From a virus (Duplodnaviria > Caudoviricetes): 33,501 bases of DNA. Positions 1 through 8,744 of this stretch are shown here, in pieces. Made by a program: the position numbers and the translations under genes. The DNA lies in the IMG/VR virus record IMGVR_UViG_3300023076_000049, positions 1-33,501 of that record; one strand, given 5' to 3'. Numbering within the stretch: position 1 is the stretch's first letter; each line of letters starts with the position of its first letter. The notes under the pieces were generated by a model. That model saw only the letters and a list, made by a program, of their open reading frames with translations, ran no database searches and was not told the origin of the DNA.

Positions 1-16
1 TGATTGCAAACCTTTA

Positions 17-32
17 CTGTATGGATGAACAG
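17..32. promoter_or_regulatory. LexA (SOS) box, probably controlling a minus-strand gene starting just left of the window
   Basis: CTGTATGGATGAACAG fits CTGT-N8-ACAG. On the minus strand it is followed by AAAGG (SD-like) and ...GCAATCA at the window edge. Confidence 0.75.
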
Positions 33-110
33 TTGCTAGACTCCGCTCCGCTTTGTGCACGAAGCGGGAGTCTTGGCTGGATTTGCAGGAAAGGGCTGCG
101 GATTCGGCGT

Positions 111-140
111 TCAGCCTGGATGTTGACGCATCCAGGCTGA
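111..140. repeat. 12-bp perfect inverted repeat (hairpin) downstream of Rz
   Basis: TCAGCCTGGATG-ttgacg-CATCCAGGCTGA. Confidence 0.7.
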
Positions 141-151
141 TCGCTCCTTTT

Positions 152-652
152 TTACTCGGGCTGCCCGAGGCAAACCGTTCTGACATATCTCTGCAACGCA
201 CTCAGTTGCCGGATGGCATCGTCTCCGTCGACACCGGCATGGAGAATTCTTTCTGCAGTCGCTGGGTCAAGTTCGGCTCGACCTTCTTCATCAGGCTGGC
301 CGGGGGAGCTTGTGGTGGCTCGCAGATTGGTAGCGGGACAACTGGCTTTGACGTACACGCGCTGAGTGCCAGTAACGACAGCAGTAAGCATGGGTTTATT
401 TTGTTCATCGGCTTTGGCCTGTTCCTGGATGTGCTGCGTGTCGAGATCGAGTAGCAGCTTCTGAGTTTTCTTTCGTGATTCATTGGCAGCAGTGAGCTGC
501 CCCACCTTCTCCCGCTCACCATCCCGCTCGACCGCCAGGCCATCACGAGCGCCTTTCACACTGTCGAGCCGCAACGCCAGGTAGACGACAGATGCCAAGA
601 GCACCAACAACATCCACGCCCAAACAGGGACCAGCTTGAGGACGGCCGTCAT
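152..652 (-). CDS. Rz: i-spanin (Rz-like)
   Basis: N-terminal TM helix (VPVWAWMLLVLLASVVYLAL), coiled coil, RVYVKASCP motif and C-terminal Cys. ATG at 652 overlaps the endolysin stop (ATGA). Confidence 0.9.
   Translation of the reverse strand: MTAVLKLVPVWAWMLLVLLASVVYLALRLDSVKGARDGLAVERDGEREKVGQLTAANESRKKTQKLLLDLDTQHIQEQAKADEQNKPMLTAVVTGTQRVYVKASCPATNLRATTSSPGQPDEEGRAELDPATAERILHAGVDGDDAIRQLSALQRYVRTVCLGQPE
202..408 (-). CDS. Rz1: o-spanin lipoprotein embedded in Rz in another frame
   Basis: MNKINPCLLLSLLALSAC signal peptide with LSAC lipobox and a Pro-rich mature part; fully nested in Rz. Confidence 0.85.
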   Translation of the reverse strand: MNKINPCLLLSLLALSACTSKPVVPLPICEPPQAPPASLMKKVEPNLTQRLQKEFSMPVSTETMPSGN

Positions 653-1086
653 GGCACAGCCTTGAAAAAAACGTGGTGGCCAAGCTTCAATGTCTGTTTT
701 GCCTTGGCTGCCCAATCCGGCGCTTTCGCCATGGTGGTTGCGTAGTAATGCGTGGCACCTCCGGTGGGGTCTGGCTGCTTGCCGTCAATTACCTGATCAG
801 CAGCGATACGGACCTGGGCGAACTCGCGGAAAGGGATCGGCTTTGCCCCAATGAGGAACGGATAGTTTGGATCGCTCCTGTTCCAGCAACTGAACTGCCA
901 AGCCTTCTGACAGACACCGGCGTAACCTTCTCCCCACCAATCGGGTTTGCCGTCGTTGTTCAGATCCATCTCGACGCGATTGCGGATCGACCAGGCCACT
1001 GCGATCTGTCCTGCCAAACCTTCACCACGGGCCTCGCCCCACAAAGTGCGGGCAAGAATGTCGCGGTCGTTTTCGGTAATGGTCAT
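649..1086 (-). CDS. Endolysin, SleB/Hydrolase_2-type cell wall hydrolase
   Basis: LARTLWGEARGE, QFSCWN, DPTGGATHYY and GHHVFF motifs; located directly upstream of Rz. Confidence 0.9.
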   Translation of the reverse strand: MTITENDRDILARTLWGEARGEGLAGQIAVAWSIRNRVEMDLNNDGKPDWWGEGYAGVCQKAWQFSCWNRSDPNYPFLIGAKPIPFREFAQVRIAADQVIDGKQPDPTGGATHYYATTMAKAPDWAAKAKQTLKLGHHVFFKAVP

Positions 1087-1101
1087 GCTTTTCTCCAGAC
1101 G

Positions 1102-1124
1102 AAAAAAAACCGCCTTGAGGCGGT
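1102..1124 (-). terminator. Terminator-like hairpin plus U-tract just before the endolysin RBS
   Basis: Minus strand ACCGCC-TCAA-GGCGGT-TTTTTTT, then CTGGAGA. Confidence 0.7.
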
Positions 1125-1141
1125 CGTTGATGAAGTGGGGG

Positions 1142-2176
1142 TTATTCGATCTGTACGACTTTCAGCGGCCCTTTCTTTTTCTTGCCCTTGGCGTCAGCCT
1201 TGCCCTTATTCCCGGCGTTGCACTCCACCGTGGTGGTCCACCCAGACTGACTCCACAGTTGCTCAACGGATTCGGCCAGGTATTCCCCATCAGCGCCTTC
1301 TTTGAAGCCCTGCGCGCTGATAGGTGACTCAGCAAATACGTCAGTGCGACCGCTCATTTCCAATCGAACGCCTGCCGTGGAACGATTGAAGCCGGCGAGC
1401 CGGGCCTTGGCGGCTGCTTCTGCCGCAGATTTATTGGCGTGTATGTGACGGTCGGTGTGGACAGGCGGCAATCCAGCGGCGTTATTGTTATCCACGTCTA
1501 CCGTAACCAGCTCACCCTTCTCGTCCTGATAAGCGGCACGCGTGGCTTTTTTGACCGAGTCATCACCGAAGCGAAATTGATAACGGCTGACATCGCTTCT
1601 ACTAATAACCACCAGTGGCAGTGTCTTACCGGTGGCGCTCTTTCCGGCGTCACGCGGCAGCACCAACAGCTTGCCATCCGCCACCTTGGCCGTGCAGTCG
1701 TACTGCTTCGCCAAGCGAGTGATGAAATTCAGATCCGATTCGCCCAGCTGGTCGGCCCGCTCTACGATGGTCTCCACCGGGCACTCCGGAATCCAGCCGT
1801 TTCGCTTGGCAACATCGGCCACGATGCTGGCTAGCGTGACGCCTTCCCAGCTGCCGCTCCGCGTGGTTTTCGCCGCGCTGCGCGTGTCGCTGGACTTGCT
1901 GCGTATCACGATGGTGTCAGGCGGGCCGGACAGTTCCACCTCGTCGACGGTGTACCGACCCAGCAATGTCAGTTTGTCGCTTTCCCAGCCCAGGTACACG
2001 GCGATATTCGCGCCGCGCTTGGGCAGGGCCAGCGCGCTGTCACGGTCATCCAGACGTAGTTCGAAGTCGTCAGCATCCGCGCCGGGCTTATCGATCGTTC
2101 GCGCGGACAAAAGCCGATCGTTAATCAGATGGGTGATGTCCACGCCATCGGCCACGATGCGGTGTACTGGCTTCAC
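1142..2176 (-). CDS. Phage late control D / tail hub protein (P2 gpD-like)
   Basis: DITHLINDRLLS, LDDRD, GRYTVDEVELSGPPD and QLGESDLNFITRLA motifs; follows gpX. Confidence 0.9.
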   Translation of the reverse strand: MKPVHRIVADGVDITHLINDRLLSARTIDKPGADADDFELRLDDRDSALALPKRGANIAVYLGWESDKLTLLGRYTVDEVELSGPPDTIVIRSKSSDTRSAAKTTRSGSWEGVTLASIVADVAKRNGWIPECPVETIVERADQLGESDLNFITRLAKQYDCTAKVADGKLLVLPRDAGKSATGKTLPLVVISRSDVSRYQFRFGDDSVKKATRAAYQDEKGELVTVDVDNNNAAGLPPVHTDRHIHANKSAAEAAAKARLAGFNRSTAGVRLEMSGRTDVFAESPISAQGFKEGADGEYLAESVEQLWSQSGWTTTVECNAGNKGKADAKGKKKKGPLKVVQIE

Positions 2177-2195
2177 AGGGGAGTCTCCAGAAAGG

Positions 2196-2218
2196 AAAAA
2201 CCCCGCTCAGTGGCGGGG
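2196..2218 (-). terminator. Terminator-like hairpin before the gpD RBS
   Basis: Minus strand CCCCGC-CACTGA-GCGGGG-TTTTT, then CTGGAGA. Confidence 0.65.
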
Positions 2219-2250
2219 CTTGGGATATAACGAAGGGGAGTAAGGCGGGG

Positions 2251-2457
2251 TCAGTCCCAGAGCTGGACCGTGGTATCAGCGCTTTCAACGATGTCAGGCA
2301 GCACGATGCGCAGGCCCGAGGCGAAGGGTTGCGGCTGACGCCCCAGCCCCTCGTTGGCCTCCAGCACGGCCTCCACCGTGCCGCGTAAATGCCCGTAGTA
2401 GTTATTACAAATGGTGTCCAACAGGTCGCCGTTAGACGTTCTGCATATCGTCGCCAT
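2251..2457 (-). CDS. Tail protein X (P2 gpX-like)
   Basis: 68 aa, MATICRTSNGDLLDTICNNYYG...VLEANEGL...VQLWD. Confidence 0.88.
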   Translation of the reverse strand: MATICRTSNGDLLDTICNNYYGHLRGTVEAVLEANEGLGRQPQPFASGLRIVLPDIVESADTTVQLWD

Positions 2458-3277
2458 AACGCACGAACTCCAGGCTAAAAGTTTGCTTGCGCGGGATGCC
2501 ACCCTGCAGCAGGCCGCTTTGTTCTTCGGTGACGCTCGCCAGACACCAATGCCCCAGAACCAAGCCATAACCGGTGGTCAGGCTCAGTGGGGCCAGCTGC
2601 TGCCCAATCAGGCGAATGGTGTCCAGCTGCTTCAAGCCACCTTTGAACCCGGTGAAGATCACCCCGCGCAGGGTGATTTTCTCGTCACCCATGCCGACCG
2701 CCTGCTGTGCTGGACGACGGCCTAGACGTTCCTGACTGGCCCACCGATAGACCGTCGAGCGCTGCAGGTTGTCATAAGCCGCCGTATTGAGGTTGAAGTA
2801 GAACGGCTTCCCACTGGTCGACAGGGGCGTCAGGATCATCAGGTGCGGGTATGAACCCACCGCCTCGGGGGCCGGGGTTGTCGCGGGGGCCAGCGCCGCC
2901 GTGGGCACGACCGTTTCCACCTCCGGGCTGACCTTGGGAATCAGCTTGCCTGCCACGGTCTTGGCCCGCTCGTATTGCTCCTTTAGCTTGCCCGCGCTTT
3001 CGTTCAGCGTCTCGTAAGCCCGCGTTGCCCGGTCATAGGTGCCAACGACCTGATTAACCCGGCTCTGCGCATTGCCGATAGCACCCATCACCCGATTGAT
3101 TTTGGCCCCCATCGCAGGCCCCACGAAGGGAATCCCTTCGAGCACGTCAGTAGCGCTGCTGATTTGGCTGACCGCACCATTGATCGGCCCGAGCACGCCC
3201 GCGACGTTGTTTCGCCCGGCCTGCCCCGCCTCAACCATGTATTTTAAGCCCGACTGCAGCCTGTCCAGATATTCCAT
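2432..3277 (-). CDS. P2 gpU-like tail protein with long N-terminal extension
   Basis: C-terminal FNLNTAAYDNLQRSTVYRWASQERLGRRPAQQAVG...FSLEFVRY; located after the tape measure gene. Confidence 0.85.
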   Translation of the reverse strand: MEYLDRLQSGLKYMVEAGQAGRNNVAGVLGPINGAVSQISSATDVLEGIPFVGPAMGAKINRVMGAIGNAQSRVNQVVGTYDRATRAYETLNESAGKLKEQYERAKTVAGKLIPKVSPEVETVVPTAALAPATTPAPEAVGSYPHLMILTPLSTSGKPFYFNLNTAAYDNLQRSTVYRWASQERLGRRPAQQAVGMGDEKITLRGVIFTGFKGGLKQLDTIRLIGQQLAPLSLTTGYGLVLGHWCLASVTEEQSGLLQGGIPRKQTFSLEFVRYGDDMQNV

Positions 3278-3286
3278 ACGCCTCCT

Positions 3287-5896
3287 TTAGCTGTGTGATT
3301 CGTCGGACATGCTGCGCCGTGACGCTTGCCGGGCCATGTCATCGAGCACCCGCTGGATTTCCGGCATCATCTGGTTAACCAGCTGTTGCGGGTCCTTGGC
3401 ATCGCCCTGGACGGTGATTTGAAACACGGGGGCAAAGGTGTTGCTTTGCTCCAAGCGGGTCGGCTCCACCAATGGCGCAGGCTTGGCCGGAGCCAGCAGC
3501 GACATGGCAGGGCTTTGCGCGTCGGGCTTTTTCATCAGTTCGGCCATGACACCGCCGTTACCCGTAACGCCCGGTTGAAACGCCGAAGCGAAACCGCCCA
3601 GACTGGGCACGGCTGGCCCCGGGCGCGGCTGCATCAGCATGGGCGTGACCGGCGCGGCTTTAGCCAGGTCCGAGTCACCAAACAGCGATTTGCCCGCGAA
3701 ACCGCCCAGCGCACCGCCGCCCGTACTGCCCAGGTAAGCCCCGATTGCACCGCCGATGGCCGTCCCAATAACCGGCACCACCGAGCCGATGGCCGCGCCT
3801 GCAGCAGCTCCGGCCAGCGCACCCGCCGCCGTGCCTGCCGCCTCGCCGTAGCCTTCGGCCTTTTCGTCCTTGGTCTTGGCAGTGTCGTACACCTCCTTGA
3901 CCTTGATCGCGGCATTGAACAGTTCGCCGGGCAACGACCCGCGCACCTCCCCGCCCGTGTTGATCCGTCGCACGGCCGGTGCCTTGGGCACCAGGGACAT
4001 GGACGTGCCCGCGCTCGGCGCGCTGGTCGGGGGCTTCCAGCCGCTTAACTTGCCGGGTTGAGCCGGTGCAGCACCGCCACCCGAGTAAACCCGCATACGC
4101 GGCTTGGGGGCCTCAGGCGCAGCACTGACCGGCGCAGGCGTGCGGTCACGACCGCCCCACCACCGACGTCGACCACGGGTACTGCTCTCGCCCGCTTTGC
4201 CGCCCCGTCCTGCAGATCCACCAGGACCACCCGAGCCGCCCCCGATACCTGGGCTGTTGACGACGTGGACCTTTTGCACAAGGTTGGGGTTGCCCATCAG
4301 CGTGCCGCGACCGATGTTCATCACACCCCGCAGCACCTTTACCGTGCTGTACATCGCAGCCAGACCCGCGACCGCACCACCCACCGCCACCACCGCGCCG
4401 ACCACGCGCGGTGACGTGTCAGCCAGCCCGCCGAGGCTGCGCGTTACTGCAGTGATTTGCGTAGCCACCGTGTCGGTAATCGGCTGCAACGCATCGCCAA
4501 TGCTGCGCAACGCGTCATTGCCGCTTTGCCCGGCCTCGATCCATTTCTGTGCCGAGGTTTCGCGGCGCTCGCCCAGGTTCTTGTCCAAGATACCCTTGGC
4601 GCTGGATGAATCCTTTTTTAGCTGCTCGTACAGGGCCTTGTTTTGCATGTAGGCCGTGAGCGCGGCCTTTACCTGCATATCGGCAAACAGATCACCCGTG
4701 CGCAAGGCCTGTTCAAGGGAATTCATCATTTCCTTGGCCTTGGCCGGGTCAGCCTCCTTGCTGATCTTCGCCATCGAGGCGGCCATGACCTTGGCCTTTT
4801 CCGGGTCGGTCGCCTCGACGTATTTCTGTGCCAGGGCAAAGCTGGTTTCCAGCGTGGACTTGCCTTTCTGCAGGCCGGTATTCATCGACTTCTGATAGTC
4901 AATGCCCGCGTCTTTGTAGGCCTTGACCACATCCCCGGAACCGATTTTCTCCATCCAGTTCTTGAGGTTGTTGGCCGCCTCGTCGCTGCTGCCGGCCGTT
5001 TTCATCTGTACCTGTAGCATGGCCCCCAGCTGGGACACCGCATCGTTGCCGGTGATACCTAACTTGCCCATACCTGCCAGCAGTTCAGGGAACCATTTCG
5101 CCATGTCACTGGCTTCAAAGCTGCCCGCCTGCCCTTGGTACGCCACCGCTTCTAAGGCCTGCTGCATCTTGGCCGGGTCGGTGATTTTGGCGTTCTGACC
5201 CAGCGCCATAATCATCTTGGCGGTGTCCACACCGTCAGCGCCCTGACCCACCACGAACTTGGCCGCAACCGGCGCGTATTCCATCGCCTTGGTTAGATCC
5301 ATGCCCGCGCCTACAAGGCCGTTGACCAGATCCGCTACTTGGTTGCGACCCATGCCGGTATCGCGCGATGTTTCAATGATTTTCTGAGAGACCTGCGCCT
5401 CTTGCGGCTGATTGGCAATGCCCGCCTTGATCGCGATGTCACGAATGATCGCGTTGTAATCGGCGCTGATCTTGGCAGGCGCGACCATGGCGGCAGCACC
5501 CACCGCCAGACCTTGCCCGACGTTGCGCAGGCCCTGCCCGCCTTGGCGGATCTGCGCCTGACCCAATGACTTGAGTTCGGCGGCGCGCTGTTCGCGGCCC
5601 AGGCGCTGATAAGCCTTGCCCAGGTTGTTGACCTGAACACCCTGACGGCGCAACACGTCAAGATTGACTTCCAGCTTGCGCCGCAAGCCGTCGGCCGTGG
5701 TCGACCCCTGGGCGTGCGCCTTGCGCCACTCTTCCTGCAGGCGCTTGGTCTCACCAACGACCGACTGCAGCACCTTGGCCTTGGCTCCCGCGTTGTCGAG
5801 GCGCTTTATGCGCCCCTCCACGTCGTTGAATGCCTTGCCGACCGAAGCGCTTACAGCACCGCCGATCACCAGCCCGAGGGCTAAACCGTTCGCCAT
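3287..5896 (-). CDS. Tail tape measure protein
   Basis: 869 aa Ala/Gly-rich helical protein with GSFEASDMAKWFP and EAANNLKN motifs; follows the tail chaperones. Confidence 0.92.
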   Translation of the reverse strand: MANGLALGLVIGGAVSASVGKAFNDVEGRIKRLDNAGAKAKVLQSVVGETKRLQEEWRKAHAQGSTTADGLRRKLEVNLDVLRRQGVQVNNLGKAYQRLGREQRAAELKSLGQAQIRQGGQGLRNVGQGLAVGAAAMVAPAKISADYNAIIRDIAIKAGIANQPQEAQVSQKIIETSRDTGMGRNQVADLVNGLVGAGMDLTKAMEYAPVAAKFVVGQGADGVDTAKMIMALGQNAKITDPAKMQQALEAVAYQGQAGSFEASDMAKWFPELLAGMGKLGITGNDAVSQLGAMLQVQMKTAGSSDEAANNLKNWMEKIGSGDVVKAYKDAGIDYQKSMNTGLQKGKSTLETSFALAQKYVEATDPEKAKVMAASMAKISKEADPAKAKEMMNSLEQALRTGDLFADMQVKAALTAYMQNKALYEQLKKDSSSAKGILDKNLGERRETSAQKWIEAGQSGNDALRSIGDALQPITDTVATQITAVTRSLGGLADTSPRVVGAVVAVGGAVAGLAAMYSTVKVLRGVMNIGRGTLMGNPNLVQKVHVVNSPGIGGGSGGPGGSAGRGGKAGESSTRGRRRWWGGRDRTPAPVSAAPEAPKPRMRVYSGGGAAPAQPGKLSGWKPPTSAPSAGTSMSLVPKAPAVRRINTGGEVRGSLPGELFNAAIKVKEVYDTAKTKDEKAEGYGEAAGTAAGALAGAAAGAAIGSVVPVIGTAIGGAIGAYLGSTGGGALGGFAGKSLFGDSDLAKAAPVTPMLMQPRPGPAVPSLGGFASAFQPGVTGNGGVMAELMKKPDAQSPAMSLLAPAKPAPLVEPTRLEQSNTFAPVFQITVQGDAKDPQQLVNQMMPEIQRVLDDMARQASRRSMSDESHS

Positions 5897-5900
5897 GTCG

Positions 5901-6032
5901 CTACCCCGTTAGCCCCAGGGGCGGCTCGTCATCCTTGAGCCACCACACCAGCTCGTGAAACGGCATCGACTCCAGTTCAGCCAGGGTGAAACCCGTGACT
6001 TTCGCCAGACGTCGTGCCGCTCGTTTCTGCAT
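5901..6032 (-). CDS. Small gpE'/gpGT-like tail chaperone extension
   Basis: GFTLAELESMPFHELVWW motif. The frame stays open upstream across the end of the chaperone gene and is +1 relative to it. Confidence 0.65.
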   Translation of the reverse strand: MQKRAARRLAKVTGFTLAELESMPFHELVWWLKDDEPPLGLTG

Positions 6033-6045
6033 CTCGTAACTGAGG

Positions 6046-6624
6046 TTATTCCTCGTCAGCCAGACGAAAATAACCACGCTGCAAGCGCACATAATCTTTC
6101 ACGGAAAGACCCTCCAGCTCGGCCTGTTCGGCCGAACACAGCCCCGCATACAGCATCATTTCCGAGGCGTTCTGGTCGGTCGGATACTTCGCTGTACAGT
6201 CGCGCGTCTCTTTGATCGTCGGGGAACGCAGGGTCACTTTGTCCGTCTTCATCCCGCAGACGGTACGCGGCTTGCTCAGCGTGATAACCGCGTGCTCGGG
6301 CGTCACCACCAGCCAGTCAGGCGACTCCACCACCGGGTCATCGACCAGCAGCGTGTAAGCGCGCTGCAGGCGGCGAAAGTCTCGGACTTTCAACGCGCTC
6401 AGGTCCGCGTGATGCACACCACACAGGTCGCTGAACAGGTGCAACTCCGCTTCTTCTTCGTTGGAGTATTCCGCGTCATTGTCGCGGTACTCCTTGATCG
6501 TCGGGTCACGCATGGTCAGGGTGCTGGCCTCTGCACCACTGAATGTGCTGGTGACAGAAAGCGTGATAACCGCGCCCAGGGCGGTCAGCTCGATCCACTT
6601 GGGCAAAACTGCTGCTTGTTTCAT
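6046..6624 (-). CDS. Tail assembly chaperone with two tandem domains
   Basis: Internal repeat: W..TLS..LTMRDPTIKE..LKVRDFRRLQRAY and W..TLS..VTLRSPTIKE..LSVKDYVRLQRGY. Lies between tube and tape measure. Confidence 0.88.
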   Translation of the reverse strand: MKQAAVLPKWIELTALGAVITLSVTSTFSGAEASTLTMRDPTIKEYRDNDAEYSNEEEAELHLFSDLCGVHHADLSALKVRDFRRLQRAYTLLVDDPVVESPDWLVVTPEHAVITLSKPRTVCGMKTDKVTLRSPTIKETRDCTAKYPTDQNASEMMLYAGLCSAEQAELEGLSVKDYVRLQRGYFRLADEE

Positions 6625-6636
6625 GGTCTTAAATCC

Positions 6637-7140
6637 TTAAATACCCAGGGCGTCACGCATGGCTTTCAGCTGGTCCACACCGTCAACGATGCGGATGGAG
6701 TTGACCGGATCGAACTCGAACCAGACCTGCCCGTCGACCTCCAGCTTGTAATAGGTGACGTTCAGTTCGTGCTTCCATTCGGCCTTGGTACCGGCCGACC
6801 AGTCGCCCGGATCGACGCCAGTGACCAAGCCGCGAAGCGTGGCAACCACGGCCTTGGTGACGCCGCCTTGGCCCTTGAATGCGCCCCGGAACGAGCCGCT
6901 GAACGAGTTGCCATCGAACAGACCGAACTTGGTCATGGACTCTTTACGCACGCCGGTCGTGGTGAAGGCGGCGTCCATCTTTTCCAGGCCCATGTCCATG
7001 TCGATTTCGGCGTCCATGCCGCCGCCACGGAACGGCTCAACCTTGAGCTTGAACTTGGGCAGGGACAGGCTGGGCACATCGCCCTTGAAGCTCGTACCGG
7101 CAACAAACAGGTTGGTGTTAAACAATACTTCCGGAATCAT
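6637..7140 (-). CDS. Major tail tube protein (P2 FII-like)
   Basis: LSLPK, FRGGGMD, FRGAF, YYKLEVDG and DGVDQL motifs. Confidence 0.93.
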   Translation of the reverse strand: MIPEVLFNTNLFVAGTSFKGDVPSLSLPKFKLKVEPFRGGGMDAEIDMDMGLEKMDAAFTTTGVRKESMTKFGLFDGNSFSGSFRGAFKGQGGVTKAVVATLRGLVTGVDPGDWSAGTKAEWKHELNVTYYKLEVDGQVWFEFDPVNSIRIVDGVDQLKAMRDALGI

Positions 7141-7151
7141 GGAGCGGCCCC

Positions 7152-8339
7152 TTACGAACGAGTGTCGAGAACATCGGTGATCCACTTGTTCGAAACATCA
7201 ACAAGAAAGATCGGGTTTTCAGCAGGCGGCGAGTCGGTGAAGTGGACACCGAAATAAATCTTGCCCTGCTCCAGCTGCGTGGCCGTGTTGCGCTCGGTGT
7301 CCACGTAGACCTCGAAGTTGACCACCGCGCCCGCCGCCTTGAGGTCACGCATAAAGCCGTTCAGGCTTTCCAACACGTCCTTGACCATCCCTTTGGTGAT
7401 CGGGATATCGACGTATGGCTTCATGCCGTAGAGCAGTGCGGCCATGACCATATCCATGGTCCGGACGCGGGTGACGAAGGCCCATTTCGGATCACTGGAC
7501 AACGTGCGGTTGCCCCACAGGCGGTAACCGTCATCGCGGATGATCGTCGCGATATTGGCGTTGTTCATCAGGTTGGCCCGGCACGTCGGGTCGCCGTCGT
7601 TGAACTCCACCGGGCGCTTGGTACCGGTCAAGCCGACAAACTCCTTGTTGGACGGCGACGCCCAGAAACCGTAAGTCGCATCGGTCCAGGCAAACAGGCC
7701 CGCCACCCAGGCCGAGGCTGGGGCGTCCACGTCCGCGTTTGCGGCGGTGTCCCAGAACTTGACGCCCGGATCGACCATAAACAGGCGCTTGCCGCCGAAG
7801 CCTTGGGCGTAGGCCATGGCGGCCTCGTCGGTGGTGTTCGGGCCGTCAAGGATGGCGATTGCGCCGAGCTTTTCGGCCAGCGCATCCATGGCAGTGGCTA
7901 CCGCGACCTTTGAAGAATGCCCCGGGGCAACCAACAGCCGCGGTTGAGCGTTGAACAGGCTTTTACCATCGAGCAGGGCCTGCAGGCCGGTGCGCGTGCC
8001 GTCGGCCTTGACGCCCCCAATCACCGCCGAGGTCATCGCCGCATCATCGGCCAGCGGGTCCAGGCCTACCGCAATAATCACCGCCTTGGCGCGGGTGTAG
8101 ATCGCCTGGGCAGCACGGGTGATAGGCGAAACCTCACCGAAAGCCGCAATGGCCTCACGCTCGGTGGTCAACATCACCGGAACGCCCGGCTTGGCCGCGC
8201 CCGGAGTGGCAAGGGCAGCCCAACCTTCGGCCAGCACCGACACCAGACCGATGATCGAGGACGACGGCGTAGAAATGGTTCGCGCGCCGCCCGTGACCAA
8301 GGAAGTGGTCACACCGTGAAAAAAACTTGTACCAGCCAT
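7152..8339 (-). CDS. Contractile tail sheath protein (P2 FI-like)
   Basis: FFHGVT, RTGLQALLDG, GFWASPSNK, GYRLWGNRT and PPAENP motifs. Confidence 0.95.
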   Translation of the reverse strand: MAGTSFFHGVTTSLVTGGARTISTPSSSIIGLVSVLAEGWAALATPGAAKPGVPVMLTTEREAIAAFGEVSPITRAAQAIYTRAKAVIIAVGLDPLADDAAMTSAVIGGVKADGTRTGLQALLDGKSLFNAQPRLLVAPGHSSKVAVATAMDALAEKLGAIAILDGPNTTDEAAMAYAQGFGGKRLFMVDPGVKFWDTAANADVDAPASAWVAGLFAWTDATYGFWASPSNKEFVGLTGTKRPVEFNDGDPTCRANLMNNANIATIIRDDGYRLWGNRTLSSDPKWAFVTRVRTMDMVMAALLYGMKPYVDIPITKGMVKDVLESLNGFMRDLKAAGAVVNFEVYVDTERNTATQLEQGKIYFGVHFTDSPPAENPIFLVDVSNKWITDVLDTRS

Positions 8340-8360
8340 AAAAGCGCTCTCCAGAAACGG

Positions 8361-8380
8361 AAAAACCCGCACTAGGCGGG
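8361..8380 (-). terminator. Terminator-like hairpin before the sheath RBS
   Basis: Minus strand CCCGC-CTAGT-GCGGG-TTTTT, then CTGGAGA. Confidence 0.65.
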
Positions 8381-8423
8381 CTTCGGATAAAACAGGGTTA
8401 GCGTTACGCGTAACGCGCTAAGG

Positions 8424-8744
8424 TCAGGTCAAGGACTTGCCACGATCTGGCTCAATGTTGTTTTCGCAGTGATCAGGGTCGAACCAGTCCAGCAGCCTGC
8501 AGAGCACGCAGGCCCAGGGTTTGCCCTTGCGCGCGGCCTTGCCCGCCCGGGAACTGATCGTCTCGTCTTCGTGACCGCCAAATGCGGTGTTGGCCAGCTG
8601 GTCGAACGACACAGCCAAGCGCCAGGCGCGGGCACTGTTGAACAGCACAGCCACCAGCATCCAGCCCAGGCCGACCACCGCCACCAGCAAACACAGCAGC
8701 ACCAGCGCAAGGCCCAGGGCCAACCCCTTGATGCGCTCTACCAT
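8424..8744 (-). CDS. Phage membrane protein of unknown function
   Basis: N-terminal hydrophobic helix, then DQLANTAFGGHEDETISSRAG and CxLCxLLDWFDPDHC; overlaps the upstream gene. Confidence 0.75.
   Translation of the reverse strand: MVERIKGLALGLALVLLCLLVAVVGLGWMLVAVLFNSARAWRLAVSFDQLANTAFGGHEDETISSRAGKAARKGKPWACVLCRLLDWFDPDHCENNIEPDRGKSLT

Noticed and set aside
3950-4260. Gly/Pro/Arg-rich segment in the tape measure gene as a frameshift or insertion element
   Set aside because: The frame is continuous and there are no terminal repeats; most simply a low-complexity linker.
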